From an uncultured delta proteobacterium (GTDB taxonomy: Bacteria > Desulfobacterota > Syntrophia > Syntrophales > UBA2185): DNA of 64,000 bases. The notes below the pieces were generated by a model that searched no databases, was not told the origin of the DNA, and saw only the letters and a list, made by a program, of their open reading frames with translations. The translations under genes were made by a program, and so were the position numbers. The stretch covers positions 128,001 to 192,000 of the forward strand of contig CAVOID010000009.1 in the NCBI GenBank assembly GCA_963695875.1. Reading direction: 5' to 3'. Each line of letters opens with the position of its first letter. Position 1 is the first letter of the stretch. This document shows positions 19,759-29,805 of the stretch, piece by piece.

Positions 19759-20725
19759 ATGAAGAAAAGATTATCTTTAATACAGGTTATAATATTCGCT
19801 GTTAGTATGTCTATGCTGATAATACCGGCAATGATTCATGCCCAATCAGAGGGTCCGCCGCCGATAGGACAGCAATTAGTCCGTGAAGGCACTTTCGCAG
19901 TCAGGCTGGAGTTCACATTAGGCGTGGGAACAAGCAGAAGATGAGGTTGAAGCCGAGAGCCGGCTCGGAGAGGTAGGTATCACACCGCGAAACGGTTGGA
20001 TTGCCGATTACCCGGTTACACCCGATATCCTCGGCGAGTTACAGAAAGCGGTAAGCGATGCCGCAGAAGCCAACAAGTTATCAATGAGCAAGGACGAGGC
20101 TCTAAAAAGATTTAATGAGGTTGCCGCTGATTTCACCTTACCGGTCATCCCCCATGCAGAAGGCCAAACCTACGGAACCGAAACCTCCGGTGCTGAAAAT
20201 TATCCGGATCCAACAGAAATAAACAATTATTATAAGGATGAAGGACCGCCGGTGGTAACATACTATGTTCCACCGCCCGATTACTATTACTTGTATGCCT
20301 GGGTCCCTTATCCGTTCTGGTGCTGCGGTTTCTGGTTTCCCGGATTTTTTGTCCTGCATGATTTCCACAGGCACATTATCGTGAACGGGAGAGGGTTCTT
20401 TGTTTCAAATCATTTCAATGATATCAACAGGCACAGGGTTTTCCGGATTGACCCTGTGACGAGATTTAGCGGCAGAACCTTTGCCGGCATCGGGGTATCT
20501 CGTACAAAGGGTTTTATCTCTACGGGCGTTCCAGGAAGCGCCAGAACAATCTTTCATGCACCACGTGAACGGATGGCGCCAGGCGGCAGAATGGTCAGCC
20601 CGTCCTCCCGCGGCGGCAAAATAGTCAAACGGCCCTCGGGTGGCGGCAGAACGTCCAGTCCGCATACCGGTGAAAGCCGATCGTTCAGCCCACCCGGTGG
20701 TGGTGGCGGCGGCATGAGAAGATAA
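19759..20725 (+). pseudogene. Exported hypothetical protein with Y/P/W-rich core and G/R tail; one +1 frameshift near 19933
   Basis: Removing one A joins GPPPIGQQLVREG to EDEVEAES..PRNGWIADYPVTP and the 20084 ORF. Confidence 0.75.
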
Positions 20726-20753
20726 CAAGCGGACATTATGCCTGATATCAATC

Positions 20754-20782
20754 GCAGAAGCGCCGGGATATGGCGCTTCTGC
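20754..20782. terminator. Hairpin between convergent genes
   Basis: GCAGAAGCGCC-N7-GGCGCTTCTGC perfect 11-bp stem. Confidence 0.65.
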
Positions 20783-20795
20783 CCTGTGTTTTATG

Positions 20796-21602
20796 CTATT
20801 TCGCGAAAATCTGTTTCAAGAACTTCTTTAGTTCCTCCCACGATTTTTTATCGGCTTCACGGTTGTACGCGATCGGCATTTTGAACTTCTTGCCTAATTC
20901 ATCCGCGTCCGGATTAGTGAAGCTGTGAACAGCTCCCGGATAGGAGATAAACCGGAAATCGACGCCGGCATTTTTCATCTCCTGTTTGAAAGCCTCAATC
21001 TGTTCTTTCGTTATGAACTTATCATCAGCACCATTAAGAACCAGGACCTTTGCCTTGACAGAGCCGGGCTGAGCAGGCTTGACGGCGGTCAGACCCCCGT
21101 GAAAGCTTGCAACCCCCCTGAGATCAACTCCCTGCCGTGCCATGTTGAGCACAACGCCGCCGCCAAAGCAGTAGCCAATGGCTGCGATCCGCGTGGGGTC
21201 GACGGTGGGCTCACTTTTCAGCAGGTTCATTCCTGCAATGAAGCGTTCCTTTCCGACATCAAAATTTTTCATTAGCTCTGATGAAAATTTTCCTGCATCA
21301 TCGGGATGTGCCGCCGTCTTTCCCTCACCATACATGTCCAGGGCAAGGGCGGTATATCCCAGCTCTGCCAGCATCCGTGCCCGCTTGCGGGCATAGTCAT
21401 TGAGTCCCCACCATTCATGAACCACCAAAACTCCGGGGCGTTTGCCTTCGATATTCTCATCGTAGGCCAGGTAACCCTTCATTTGTACATCCTGTACATT
21501 ATACTTTACGTCCATCCCTTTAATTTTGGCTTCCGCGGCAGCAAAACCCGCCATGCCCAAAATCAATGCAGAAACAATAAGCATCCTTGATAACCTTTTC
21601 AT
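20796..21602 (-). CDS. Dienelactone hydrolase family protein, exported
   Basis: HEWWGLN, GYCFGG, HSFTNP, signal peptide. Confidence 0.93.
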   Translation of the reverse strand: MKRLSRMLIVSALILGMAGFAAAEAKIKGMDVKYNVQDVQMKGYLAYDENIEGKRPGVLVVHEWWGLNDYARKRARMLAELGYTALALDMYGEGKTAAHPDDAGKFSSELMKNFDVGKERFIAGMNLLKSEPTVDPTRIAAIGYCFGGGVVLNMARQGVDLRGVASFHGGLTAVKPAQPGSVKAKVLVLNGADDKFITKEQIEAFKQEMKNAGVDFRFISYPGAVHSFTNPDADELGKKFKMPIAYNREADKKSWEELKKFLKQIFAK

Positions 21603-21729
21603 GGCATCCTCCTTTTGGTTTAATTCAATAAGATTTGGACTTTTTTGCGGCGACGCCTCAAAAAGAGGCCTTAGTCGAATTGACCCTGAGTGAACAAAGC
21701 GAGTCGCAGGGCCTTATGTCCTCGCCGAT

Positions 21730-22947
21730 TTAAAACAAAACATTCAGTACACGATCTATCTCCTTCAATACGCCCAGGACATCCGCGGCCTCACCCGGTT
21801 TCAGTATTTCAGGATTGATCGCCGATAACAGAACCTGCACCGCATCAACTGCTTTTCTCAGATTTAGGTCGTCGTCCATATGATCGCCAAACGCCTTCCT
21901 GAGGCGAATTGCCATCTTGAAGCGGGCCTGTGGCTCACCGCGTGCTCTGCCCCTGATATTGTTTGCCAGGCGCTTGAGCTCTTTAAGCCCTGCCGCAGCC
22001 TTCCTCATATTCTTTTCCGAATAATTGATCCTTTCTCGGTAATGATTGCAGATCAGGAAAAACCTGATTTCGGAAGGACTGTATCCCTCTTTGATTAATG
22101 TATCCGTATAGTAGATATTACCTTTGCTTTTGGACATCTTCCGGCCATTTACAAACAGATGTTCACAATGGAGCCAGAACCTGGCCATGGGATAAGACCT
22201 GACTGATTCGAGGATGGCGCGCGTGTAGTCGTGATGGCGCACCAGGTTATCGATTCCACCGCAATAGATAGAAAGGGGCTCATGGAAATACCGGTTGACC
22301 ATGCCTGCATCCTGAATATTCCATGCGGGCCTGCCCGCCCCTATTTTTGTATCCCAGTAATCCCTTTCTCCGACTTTGCGGCCGTGCCAGAGAATAAAAT
22401 CACCAAGATTCCAGCGCATACCCGGATAGGTATCTTTGCTGAAGCGTTTTTTTGTTTTTGGCCATCGCGACATGTCGAGACCGTAGATTTTTCCGAAGCC
22501 GGAAAATTTTAACGGATCGAAATATACATCACCTTTATGCCAGTATGCCACTCCGCGAGCGATCAGTTGTTCTATGATGCCGACTGCCTCATCCACTGCC
22601 TGGGAGGCGCGGGGAAGGTAGTCCGGTCTTTTCATCTTCAATAGGAACGCCTCATCAAGAAAAGATCTAATATTAACTTCTGTCAGGCGTTTTACCGTCT
22701 TATGCCTTTTTACAGCTTCGATTACAGCCTTGTCCTCGATATCGGTAAAATTCATGCCGCGCTTCACCTTGTAGCCGGAAAATTCCAGATATTTCACCAG
22801 GACATCTTCAAACAAAAAAGTCCGGAAATTGCCGATATGTGCCTTCTGGTAGACCGAAGGGCCGCAGGTGAATATGTTCACGATATTAGGATTGACAGGC
22901 CTGAATGCCTGCAATCGTTTCCCCATTGAATTGTAAAGGCGAAGCAT
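21730..22947 (-). CDS. Cysteine--tRNA ligase-like paralog, divergent and C-terminally short
   Basis: TCGPSVY..HIGN and KMSKS retained; WNIQD and HHDYT replace WHIEC and HHENE. Confidence 0.85.
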   Translation of the reverse strand: MLRLYNSMGKRLQAFRPVNPNIVNIFTCGPSVYQKAHIGNFRTFLFEDVLVKYLEFSGYKVKRGMNFTDIEDKAVIEAVKRHKTVKRLTEVNIRSFLDEAFLLKMKRPDYLPRASQAVDEAVGIIEQLIARGVAYWHKGDVYFDPLKFSGFGKIYGLDMSRWPKTKKRFSKDTYPGMRWNLGDFILWHGRKVGERDYWDTKIGAGRPAWNIQDAGMVNRYFHEPLSIYCGGIDNLVRHHDYTRAILESVRSYPMARFWLHCEHLFVNGRKMSKSKGNIYYTDTLIKEGYSPSEIRFFLICNHYRERINYSEKNMRKAAAGLKELKRLANNIRGRARGEPQARFKMAIRLRKAFGDHMDDDLNLRKAVDAVQVLLSAINPEILKPGEAADVLGVLKEIDRVLNVLF

Positions 22948-22962
22948 TTATCCTTGTCTCCT

Positions 22963-24330
22963 TTATTGTAATTTAAGTCTTTTCCATTTCCCCCGGTGAA
23001 ACCACCAGGCCATCATGATACCCTGGCAGATCATCGAGATAACCATGGCCGACCAGACGCCTGGTGCCCCGAATCCCATAAAAAGAGCGAGGAATGAAGC
23101 AAGGGGTAGCCGGATAAGCCACATCGATATGATAATCACCCACATGGTTCCCTTTGTATCCCCCGCCCCCTGGAGGCCGCCTCCCATTACCGTACTCAAG
23201 GCCAGAAAGGGTTCGGAAAGCATATTGAATCTTATATACCGCGTCGTTTCCGCAAGAACAGAGGGTTCTCCGGTCAGGATGGATGCGAAGCCCTCCGCCC
23301 AGATAAAAATGACAAGAGCCATGATACTGGTGATCCCTATGCCGGCGCCGGCAACCTTCCAGCCCATCTTTTCAGCCCTCTGCGGATCTCCGGCGCCCAG
23401 ATTCTGGCCCACAATCACGGATGCAGCCATATTCAGGGCAAAGGCGGGAAGGAAAATAATCGCCTCAATCCTCAAACCGTTAGCAATAGATGCGAGAGCG
23501 GTAATGCTCGATTCTTTCAGTCTCCCAAGAATATTAAACAGGATAATGCTAGCCATGTTCCACGCTATCTGTAGGAATGCAGCCGGCCAGCCAATGTTAA
23601 AAATGATTTTTATCGTCTCAAAAGACAGGGTTCTGGGCTTTGAATAAACAGTTCGCCACTTGTGACTAAACCCAAGAAAGATCAGATTCATGACTGTTCC
23701 CAATAAGGTGGCAATGGCTGTTGAAAATGCAATACCCACATAACCAAGTTTCGGAAAGGGGGGTATGCCGAAAACGAGAAAGAAATCGAGCGCTATATTT
23801 GTCAGGCTGAATACGAGCATTGTCGCAAGGGGCTTTTTTACCTCGGCATTTGCCCTGAAAATAGCATTTGAAATGACAAGCAGGTAATTAGGTCCCAGAG
23901 CGAACGCAAAAATCTTAAGAAAATTTTCTGCAATATCCCTGATTTGCGGCGGGAAGCCGGCCAGAAAAATAATACCGCGATAAAATAAAAAACAGACCGC
24001 CGTAAAGACAACAGAAATCAGGAATCCGAGAATAAGCGACTGCTTGGCAACATCAACGGCCCGTTGTGTTTCTCCTGCGCCGATAGCCCTCGAGATCACG
24101 GCCAGCGTGCCTATACTGATGGCATTTGCGACAATAATGACAAGGAAATATATCTGGGTGATGAAACCGACTGCCGCCTGGACATCCGGACTTATGAGGC
24201 CGGCAACGTAGACATCGGTGAAGCCGACAAAGAAACCGAAGATCATCATGATAAGCATCGGCCAGGAAAGTCCCCATATAGCGGTCCAGATACTTCCCGT
24301 GGTCACATCAATGATCCGGTCTTTGAACAT
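22963..24330 (-). CDS. MATE family efflux transporter
   Basis: ~12 TM, VGQNLGAG, LQGAGDTK. Confidence 0.93.
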   Translation of the reverse strand: MFKDRIIDVTTGSIWTAIWGLSWPMLIMMIFGFFVGFTDVYVAGLISPDVQAAVGFITQIYFLVIIVANAISIGTLAVISRAIGAGETQRAVDVAKQSLILGFLISVVFTAVCFLFYRGIIFLAGFPPQIRDIAENFLKIFAFALGPNYLLVISNAIFRANAEVKKPLATMLVFSLTNIALDFFLVFGIPPFPKLGYVGIAFSTAIATLLGTVMNLIFLGFSHKWRTVYSKPRTLSFETIKIIFNIGWPAAFLQIAWNMASIILFNILGRLKESSITALASIANGLRIEAIIFLPAFALNMAASVIVGQNLGAGDPQRAEKMGWKVAGAGIGITSIMALVIFIWAEGFASILTGEPSVLAETTRYIRFNMLSEPFLALSTVMGGGLQGAGDTKGTMWVIIISMWLIRLPLASFLALFMGFGAPGVWSAMVISMICQGIMMAWWFHRGKWKRLKLQ

Positions 24331-24392
24331 TGCTGTTTATCTCATGCGTGAATGCATCTTTTCAATGAATATAAAAACACAGACAAAAGAAA

Positions 24393-24509
24393 TTGAAGCT
24401 CTCCGCAGTGAACTACGAGAATCTGCGATCCATAAGGAATAATAATGTTCCCCATTCACTCGCTTAGCCCGCAGCGAGCTACGGGGAATGTGCTCGCTGC
24501 CGGATTCAA
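24393..24509 (+). repeat. ~117-bp dispersed element (family A)
   Basis: Colinear with 63228-63345; ATTGAA..TTCAAT ends; internal CCGCAG-type hairpins. Confidence 0.85.
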
Positions 24510-24515
24510 TGAAAT

Positions 24516-25503
24516 CTATGCTAATGAATTAGTCAGATATTTCTGGAGGGTTTTATAGCTCTCAATATCAGTATCCACTAAAGAAGCTCCTATGTATGTC
24601 TCACTATTGGAACTGAGCACATATTGGGGCAGGCATTCAATCGTGACCGGCATTTTACTGTTGGGCAATGTGAAGGTAATCGAAATATTGCATGTCATTC
24701 CTGTCTTCCCCTGTCTCGAACTTATGAGCACCAGGTATTGAAATCTGTACGCCGCCGAGAGAGACGTCCAATACCAGCCCGGGTTGTAATGATGCTTTGT
24801 CACCATCTGATGTGCTGACTAAAGCAGAGAAAGAAACCTTTTTCCTCGGATAATGTCGTTTTTCCTCTTCTACCTTTTTTTTATAAAAATCGGGATACAG
24901 CTGTTTTGCGCAACCCGGACATATGCTGTGCGTAAAATTCAGGTCGGAATGATCTTTCAGATACGACTCAACCTGCATCCAGTATCCATCATCAGATCGT
25001 ATATTCTTGCAGTTGGCACAAATCGGAAGCAGCCCCCTTAACGTTTTTACATTTTCCAGCGCTTCTTTCAGCTCTTTTATCAATCTTTCCTTCTCTGTCA
25101 AATTGTGAAAACGCTCAATGGAATATTTTAAAGAACGCAAAAGCAGCATGCTGTTTATCTGATTTTTATTTAAATAGTCCTGAACACCACCCTGCAAGGC
25201 CTTTATAGCGACATTCTCATCATCAAGACCTGTCAAGACAATAATTGGCGTATTCTTTTCCTGCTCCACCATTTTTTTGACAGTGTCCAGGCCGTTGCTG
25301 TCGGGAAGCGACAAGTCCAGTAAAATTACATCCACTTTATTTTCAGCCAGATATTTCAAAGCATTTTCACATGTTTCCTTGTGTATTAATTCAAGATGGA
25401 CATCACCCGCATCTTTTATGACGTCCTCATAAATCATTCCTTTTATCAAAGCAGTATCGTTCTTATTATCCTCAACGAGAAGTATTTTTAATATTTTGGA
25501 CAT
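24516..25503 (-). pseudogene. Response regulator (REC, Cys motif, PilZ) with a +1 frameshift near 24703
   Basis: LLVED, LLDLSLPD, LPICANCK..THSICPGC, RHYPR..DVSLGG; PilZ tail in the 24516-24806 frame. Confidence 0.82.
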
Positions 25504-25714
25504 GTTACTCTCCTTTTTGCGGCGTAACGACAATATCCAACTTCCGCCTCGAAATTTCGATCTGCAAACATATTATAATATTGTATACATAAAACATAAA
25601 ATAACTAACAATCGGGATTTTCCTGATTTATAGCTTCGAAAACCATTATAATGAACCTCTAAAATCCCGATTGATGAGAGTGCATAAACCGATATTGTTA
25701 TACATAAATTGTAC

Positions 25715-25771
25715 CTACCATTATTCTTCCATTTAATCCCCATTGCGCTTCATCGATAAGGGCATTAAGCT
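25715..25771 (+). promoter_or_regulatory. Promoter with consensus direct-repeat box
   Basis: CTACCAT-tatt-CTTCCAT-N10-TTGCGC-N17-TAAGCT. Confidence 0.7.
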
Positions 25772-25872
25772 CAACGCCAAGGACAAACCGGTAAACCACA
25801 TATTTTAACTTACCCACTCCAGGGCGGGGCATATCTATACAAAAAGAAAATTAAAGATGCAGAGGATTATTT

Positions 25873-27537
25873 GTGGAAAGAAGACTGCATAAACCTCAAA
25901 TGAATTCACCTTCCGGTTTCAAGGCGGACAGATTGCCAGGGATTCCCGCAAAAGACCGGAGCCGGCGGCGTCACAGGAGCCATCCGTTGAAGGGGATGAG
26001 GAATGTGAAGAAGTTTGAGCTCCTTAAGGGGGCGGAGAAGACGGCCGTGTTGATTGTAGCTCCGGAGACCGGCAGGCTGCCGGAAGAGATGGGTCATCTT
26101 GCCAGATACATTTCCGGCAAGGCAGGCGGCCTCGGGGAGGTGGTTTCCGCGTTGTGTGAAGGACTGAGGGCGAGGGGGGTCAACTGTCACCTGGCAACGC
26201 TGAATCTGAAGAAGAGATTCCAGAGAGAGAGCAAAATGGATGAGCATGAATGGAGGGAAATAAGGTATAAAGTTGATCCTGACAAAGTCCACCTGGTGAG
26301 TTCATCTGTTTTTGCCAACCTTCCCTGCGCATATGCAGGCAACCCGCTTTTGAATGCCGCTGAATTTCAGAAGGAACTGGTCAACAACATCATCAAGACT
26401 GTCCGGGCCAAGAATGAGGGGAGGCTGATTCTGCACAGTCATGACTGGATGGCGGGCGGTGCGGTCACTGCCTACGCGAAATCCAGGGGTTGTCCCGTAT
26501 TGCATACCGTTCACAACGTCCACACCGGCCATATTCCCGTGGATATGCTTTTCGGCGTTGATGTTGACAGCCTCACGTGGAATATCTATTTTTCCGAGGC
26601 ATATGGGAGGCGATGCATCGATTCTCAGGCTACAGCCATCAAGAGCGCCACGCTGGTCAATTTTGTGGGCGAGAAGTTTCTCGAGGAGGTTATAGAGGAT
26701 TATTTTCTGGACAGGTCATTTATACCGCCGAGTGTAAGGCAGGAGGTAAAGGCGAAGTATTATAACGGTGCGGCGATGAGCATCATGAATGCCATGTCCC
26801 CCAGAATGTATCCGGAGAACTGCGAACATCTTGTAAGAAGGTATGATTATGATAATGACGTTATGGCGGCAAAGAGTGATAACCTGATGGAATTTCAAGG
26901 GAGGACCGGGCTGATTATTAATCCTGATGCGATCCTTCTTTACTGGCCGTCCAGGTTGGATCCGTCACAGAAGGGCGTTGAGCTTCTCGAGGATATAGCC
27001 CTCAGGTTTGTCATAGAGCATAGTGACGTACAGATTGCTGTTGTGGGGAACGGAGTCGAGGATGATCACACCCATGAGGATATTTTAGGGAGCATCGCGT
27101 GGGCCTCAGGCGGAAAGATAACGTACCAGCGTTTCAGCGAGTCCATCTCTATGCTTGGTTACGCCGCTGCCAGTGATGTATTTGGCGCTTCTCTGTATGA
27201 GCCATGCGGGCAGGTCGACCAGATAGGAAACATCTTTGGAGCTACGGCAACGAATCGTGACACCGGCGGCTACCATGACAAGATAAAAGATATGAGATTG
27301 AAGGCTGATGGTGCTCCTCATGATGAGGGGAACGGATTTCTTTTTCAGAATTATGATCCCGGCGGGCTGTGGTACGGATTATCCAGGAGTGTGCAGTTTC
27401 ACAGGAAATCACCGGGGATAAGGGAACAGCAGATCAAGAGGATCATGAGAGAAGCGAGGCAGAAGTATGATTTAAACAATATGGTTGATAAGTACGTAAA
27501 GGTATATGAGAGGCTCAACGGCAGGCCTCTGTTTTAA
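25873..27537 (+). CDS. glgA: Glycogen/starch synthase-like glycosyltransferase (GT5); start may be ~25996-26005
   Basis: KAGGLGEV, HSHDW, HTVHN, SRLDPSQKG, SLYEPCG, TGGYHD. Confidence 0.82.
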   Translation: MERRLHKPQMNSPSGFKADRLPGIPAKDRSRRRHRSHPLKGMRNVKKFELLKGAEKTAVLIVAPETGRLPEEMGHLARYISGKAGGLGEVVSALCEGLRARGVNCHLATLNLKKRFQRESKMDEHEWREIRYKVDPDKVHLVSSSVFANLPCAYAGNPLLNAAEFQKELVNNIIKTVRAKNEGRLILHSHDWMAGGAVTAYAKSRGCPVLHTVHNVHTGHIPVDMLFGVDVDSLTWNIYFSEAYGRRCIDSQATAIKSATLVNFVGEKFLEEVIEDYFLDRSFIPPSVRQEVKAKYYNGAAMSIMNAMSPRMYPENCEHLVRRYDYDNDVMAAKSDNLMEFQGRTGLIINPDAILLYWPSRLDPSQKGVELLEDIALRFVIEHSDVQIAVVGNGVEDDHTHEDILGSIAWASGGKITYQRFSESISMLGYAAASDVFGASLYEPCGQVDQIGNIFGATATNRDTGGYHDKIKDMRLKADGAPHDEGNGFLFQNYDPGGLWYGLSRSVQFHRKSPGIREQQIKRIMREARQKYDLNNMVDKYVKVYERLNGRPLF

Positions 27538-27634
27538 ATATTCATAAATTTCCTAAGTCTAAAAAAACGCTTATTCAGAAAAACAGTATAAACTACTATG
27601 AACAGAGCGAATACATATTATATTAGGTGGTCTT

Positions 27635-28795
27635 ATGAATGAACCTGGATTAAATGACGGGAGACTGACAAGCTCCCTGCTGAAGCGATCTAAAGCAGCG
27701 ATGGATCATGTAACTGAGGTAGACCATACCTTTTACAGTACGCACCACTTTCACCACATGCTCCGAATTGAAAGGAAAAGAACGGAGCGATCCAAAAAGC
27801 CCTTCCTCCTCATGCTTATTGACCTCTCAGGACTGCATAAGAAACATCGAAACGGTTACATGTATGAGAAAATAAAACCGGTCCTTGTCTCCTGTTCAAG
27901 AGAGACGGATATCAGGGGATGGTACGAACACAACAAGGTCATGGGCGCCATCTTCACAGAAATGGCTGCTGTCGATGAGCAATCGATAGAAAAAATCTTC
28001 CGCAAGCTGCACAGCGTGGTTGGCGAGACCCTTGATGCGGAATGGGTAAAAAAAATCAAAATATCATTCCATGTATTCCCCGAGGAAAATGGAAACTCCT
28101 CAATCAATAATGGAATGTTTAACATAGCCTTCTATCCGGATCTCTCGAAGCCTAGTGTTTCCAGACAGGCAACATCATCCATAAAGAAGCTTATGGATAT
28201 TACGGGAAGCTTACTTGCCCTTCTGCTTTTTTCCCCGATCCTTATGATCATTGCGGCAGCAGTCAAACTGACCTCCGAAGGACCTGTTTTTTTCAAGCAG
28301 GAAAGAATGGGTCTGAACGGTGAGACATTCACCTTCCTGAAATTCCGCTCCATGTATACGAACAGCGATCATAACCGCCACAAGGATTATATTAAAAAAC
28401 TTATCAAAGAGGGCAAAGATGACGCGAATGCACCGGGGGTTTATAAATTAAGCAATGACCCGCGCATTACGCCTCTCGGCGGATTCTTGAGAAAAACCAG
28501 CCTCGATGAACTCCCGCAGTTCATCAATGTACTGAAGGGCGAAATGTCACTCGTCGGGCCAAGACCTCCTATTCCTTATGAGTGTGAACTATACGATATC
28601 TGGCACAGGCGGAGATTGCTCTCCGTTAAGCCGGGAATCACAGGGCTGTGGCAGGTCACAGGCAGGAGCAGAACCACGTTTGATGAAATGGTGCGCCTCG
28701 ATCTCAAATACATCAATGAGTGGTCGCTGTGGCTTGATATTAAGCTTCTTCTCAAGACACCTTGGGTGATAATAACCGGCAAGGGGGCGTATTAA
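27635..28795 (+). CDS. Polyprenyl-phosphate sugar transferase (Bac_transf) with a degenerate GGDEF-like N-domain
   Basis: KFRSM, DPRIT, LRKTSLDELPQ, SLVGPRP, KPGITGLWQV. Confidence 0.92.
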   Translation: MNEPGLNDGRLTSSLLKRSKAAMDHVTEVDHTFYSTHHFHHMLRIERKRTERSKKPFLLMLIDLSGLHKKHRNGYMYEKIKPVLVSCSRETDIRGWYEHNKVMGAIFTEMAAVDEQSIEKIFRKLHSVVGETLDAEWVKKIKISFHVFPEENGNSSINNGMFNIAFYPDLSKPSVSRQATSSIKKLMDITGSLLALLLFSPILMIIAAAVKLTSEGPVFFKQERMGLNGETFTFLKFRSMYTNSDHNRHKDYIKKLIKEGKDDANAPGVYKLSNDPRITPLGGFLRKTSLDELPQFINVLKGEMSLVGPRPPIPYECELYDIWHRRRLLSVKPGITGLWQVTGRSRTTFDEMVRLDLKYINEWSLWLDIKLLLKTPWVIITGKGAY

Positions 28796-28829
28796 GGGAG
28801 TGTATAAGACAGGCGAGATACCAGTCCTA

Positions 28830-29789
28830 TTACTTAACATTTTTCCCCTTCAAGACCAGTTCCGGTTTTTTCAGAAATACTTCCGTATCAGGCGGCACCG
28901 AATCGGTAATCCAGACATTCCCGCCGATTACCGAACGGGCTCCGATTACAGTCTTCCCGCCCAGCACAGTGGCATTTGCATAAATGATGACGTCATCTTC
29001 AATGGTAGGATGACGTTTTTGATTTCTTAGAGATTCCACTTCCTCACGGCTGAGCGAGAGGGCTCCCAGCGTTACACCCTGATAGAGCCTGACGCGCTTG
29101 CCGATAATGGTCGTCTCGCCAATTACTACGCCTGTACCATGGTCGATAAAGAAGCGTTCTCCGATCCGGGCGCCGGGGTGAATATCTATCCCCGTTTTGC
29201 CATGGGCGTATTCCGTCATGATACGCGGTATCAGGGGGATGCCGTGTTGATGCAACTGGTTTGCAATGCGATACACCGTGATAGCGAAAAGTCCCGGATA
29301 ACTGAAGATGATTTCGTCGAAGCTTTTGGCCGCCGGATCTCCTTCATGTGCCGCCTGGATATCCGAAGCAAGCAGAACACGTAATTGAGCCATGCCGCGT
29401 AAAAAATCGATGGCAGCCTGCTGGCCCCGTTCATCGCAGTTTGTACAGGGCTGATTGTGGCGTATGCAGTCATGCCGTATCGCCAGCATAAGCTGTTCGG
29501 AGAGGGCTTCAAAAAGACTGGTCACTTCCTGACCGAAATAGTAGCCGACATTCATCTGATCCAGACGTGTACGGATGAAATAACCGGGATAAAGGATGCG
29601 GCTTGCCGTGTGCAGGATATCGATTACAGCCTCGCGGGAGGGAATCGGTTCCGGGCCCACGTGGTCAAAACAATCATTACGGCCGCAGGATAATACAAGC
29701 TCATCAACAACAGCAGGGATTTCTTCGCGAAAGTTCCGGGTGATGTCAATATCAGTCCTGCATTGGTCCATTTTTGATTTGTCATCCAC
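28830..29789 (-). CDS. cysE: Serine O-acetyltransferase
   Basis: GDPAA, GIDIHPGA, FFIDHGTG, KRHPT; GGAGGTG RBS before GTG. Confidence 0.92.
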   Translation of the reverse strand: MDDKSKMDQCRTDIDITRNFREEIPAVVDELVLSCGRNDCFDHVGPEPIPSREAVIDILHTASRILYPGYFIRTRLDQMNVGYYFGQEVTSLFEALSEQLMLAIRHDCIRHNQPCTNCDERGQQAAIDFLRGMAQLRVLLASDIQAAHEGDPAAKSFDEIIFSYPGLFAITVYRIANQLHQHGIPLIPRIMTEYAHGKTGIDIHPGARIGERFFIDHGTGVVIGETTIIGKRVRLYQGVTLGALSLSREEVESLRNQKRHPTIEDDVIIYANATVLGGKTVIGARSVIGGNVWITDSVPPDTEVFLKKPELVLKGKNVK

Positions 29790-29805
29790 GTTTATTTCAC
29801 CTCCT

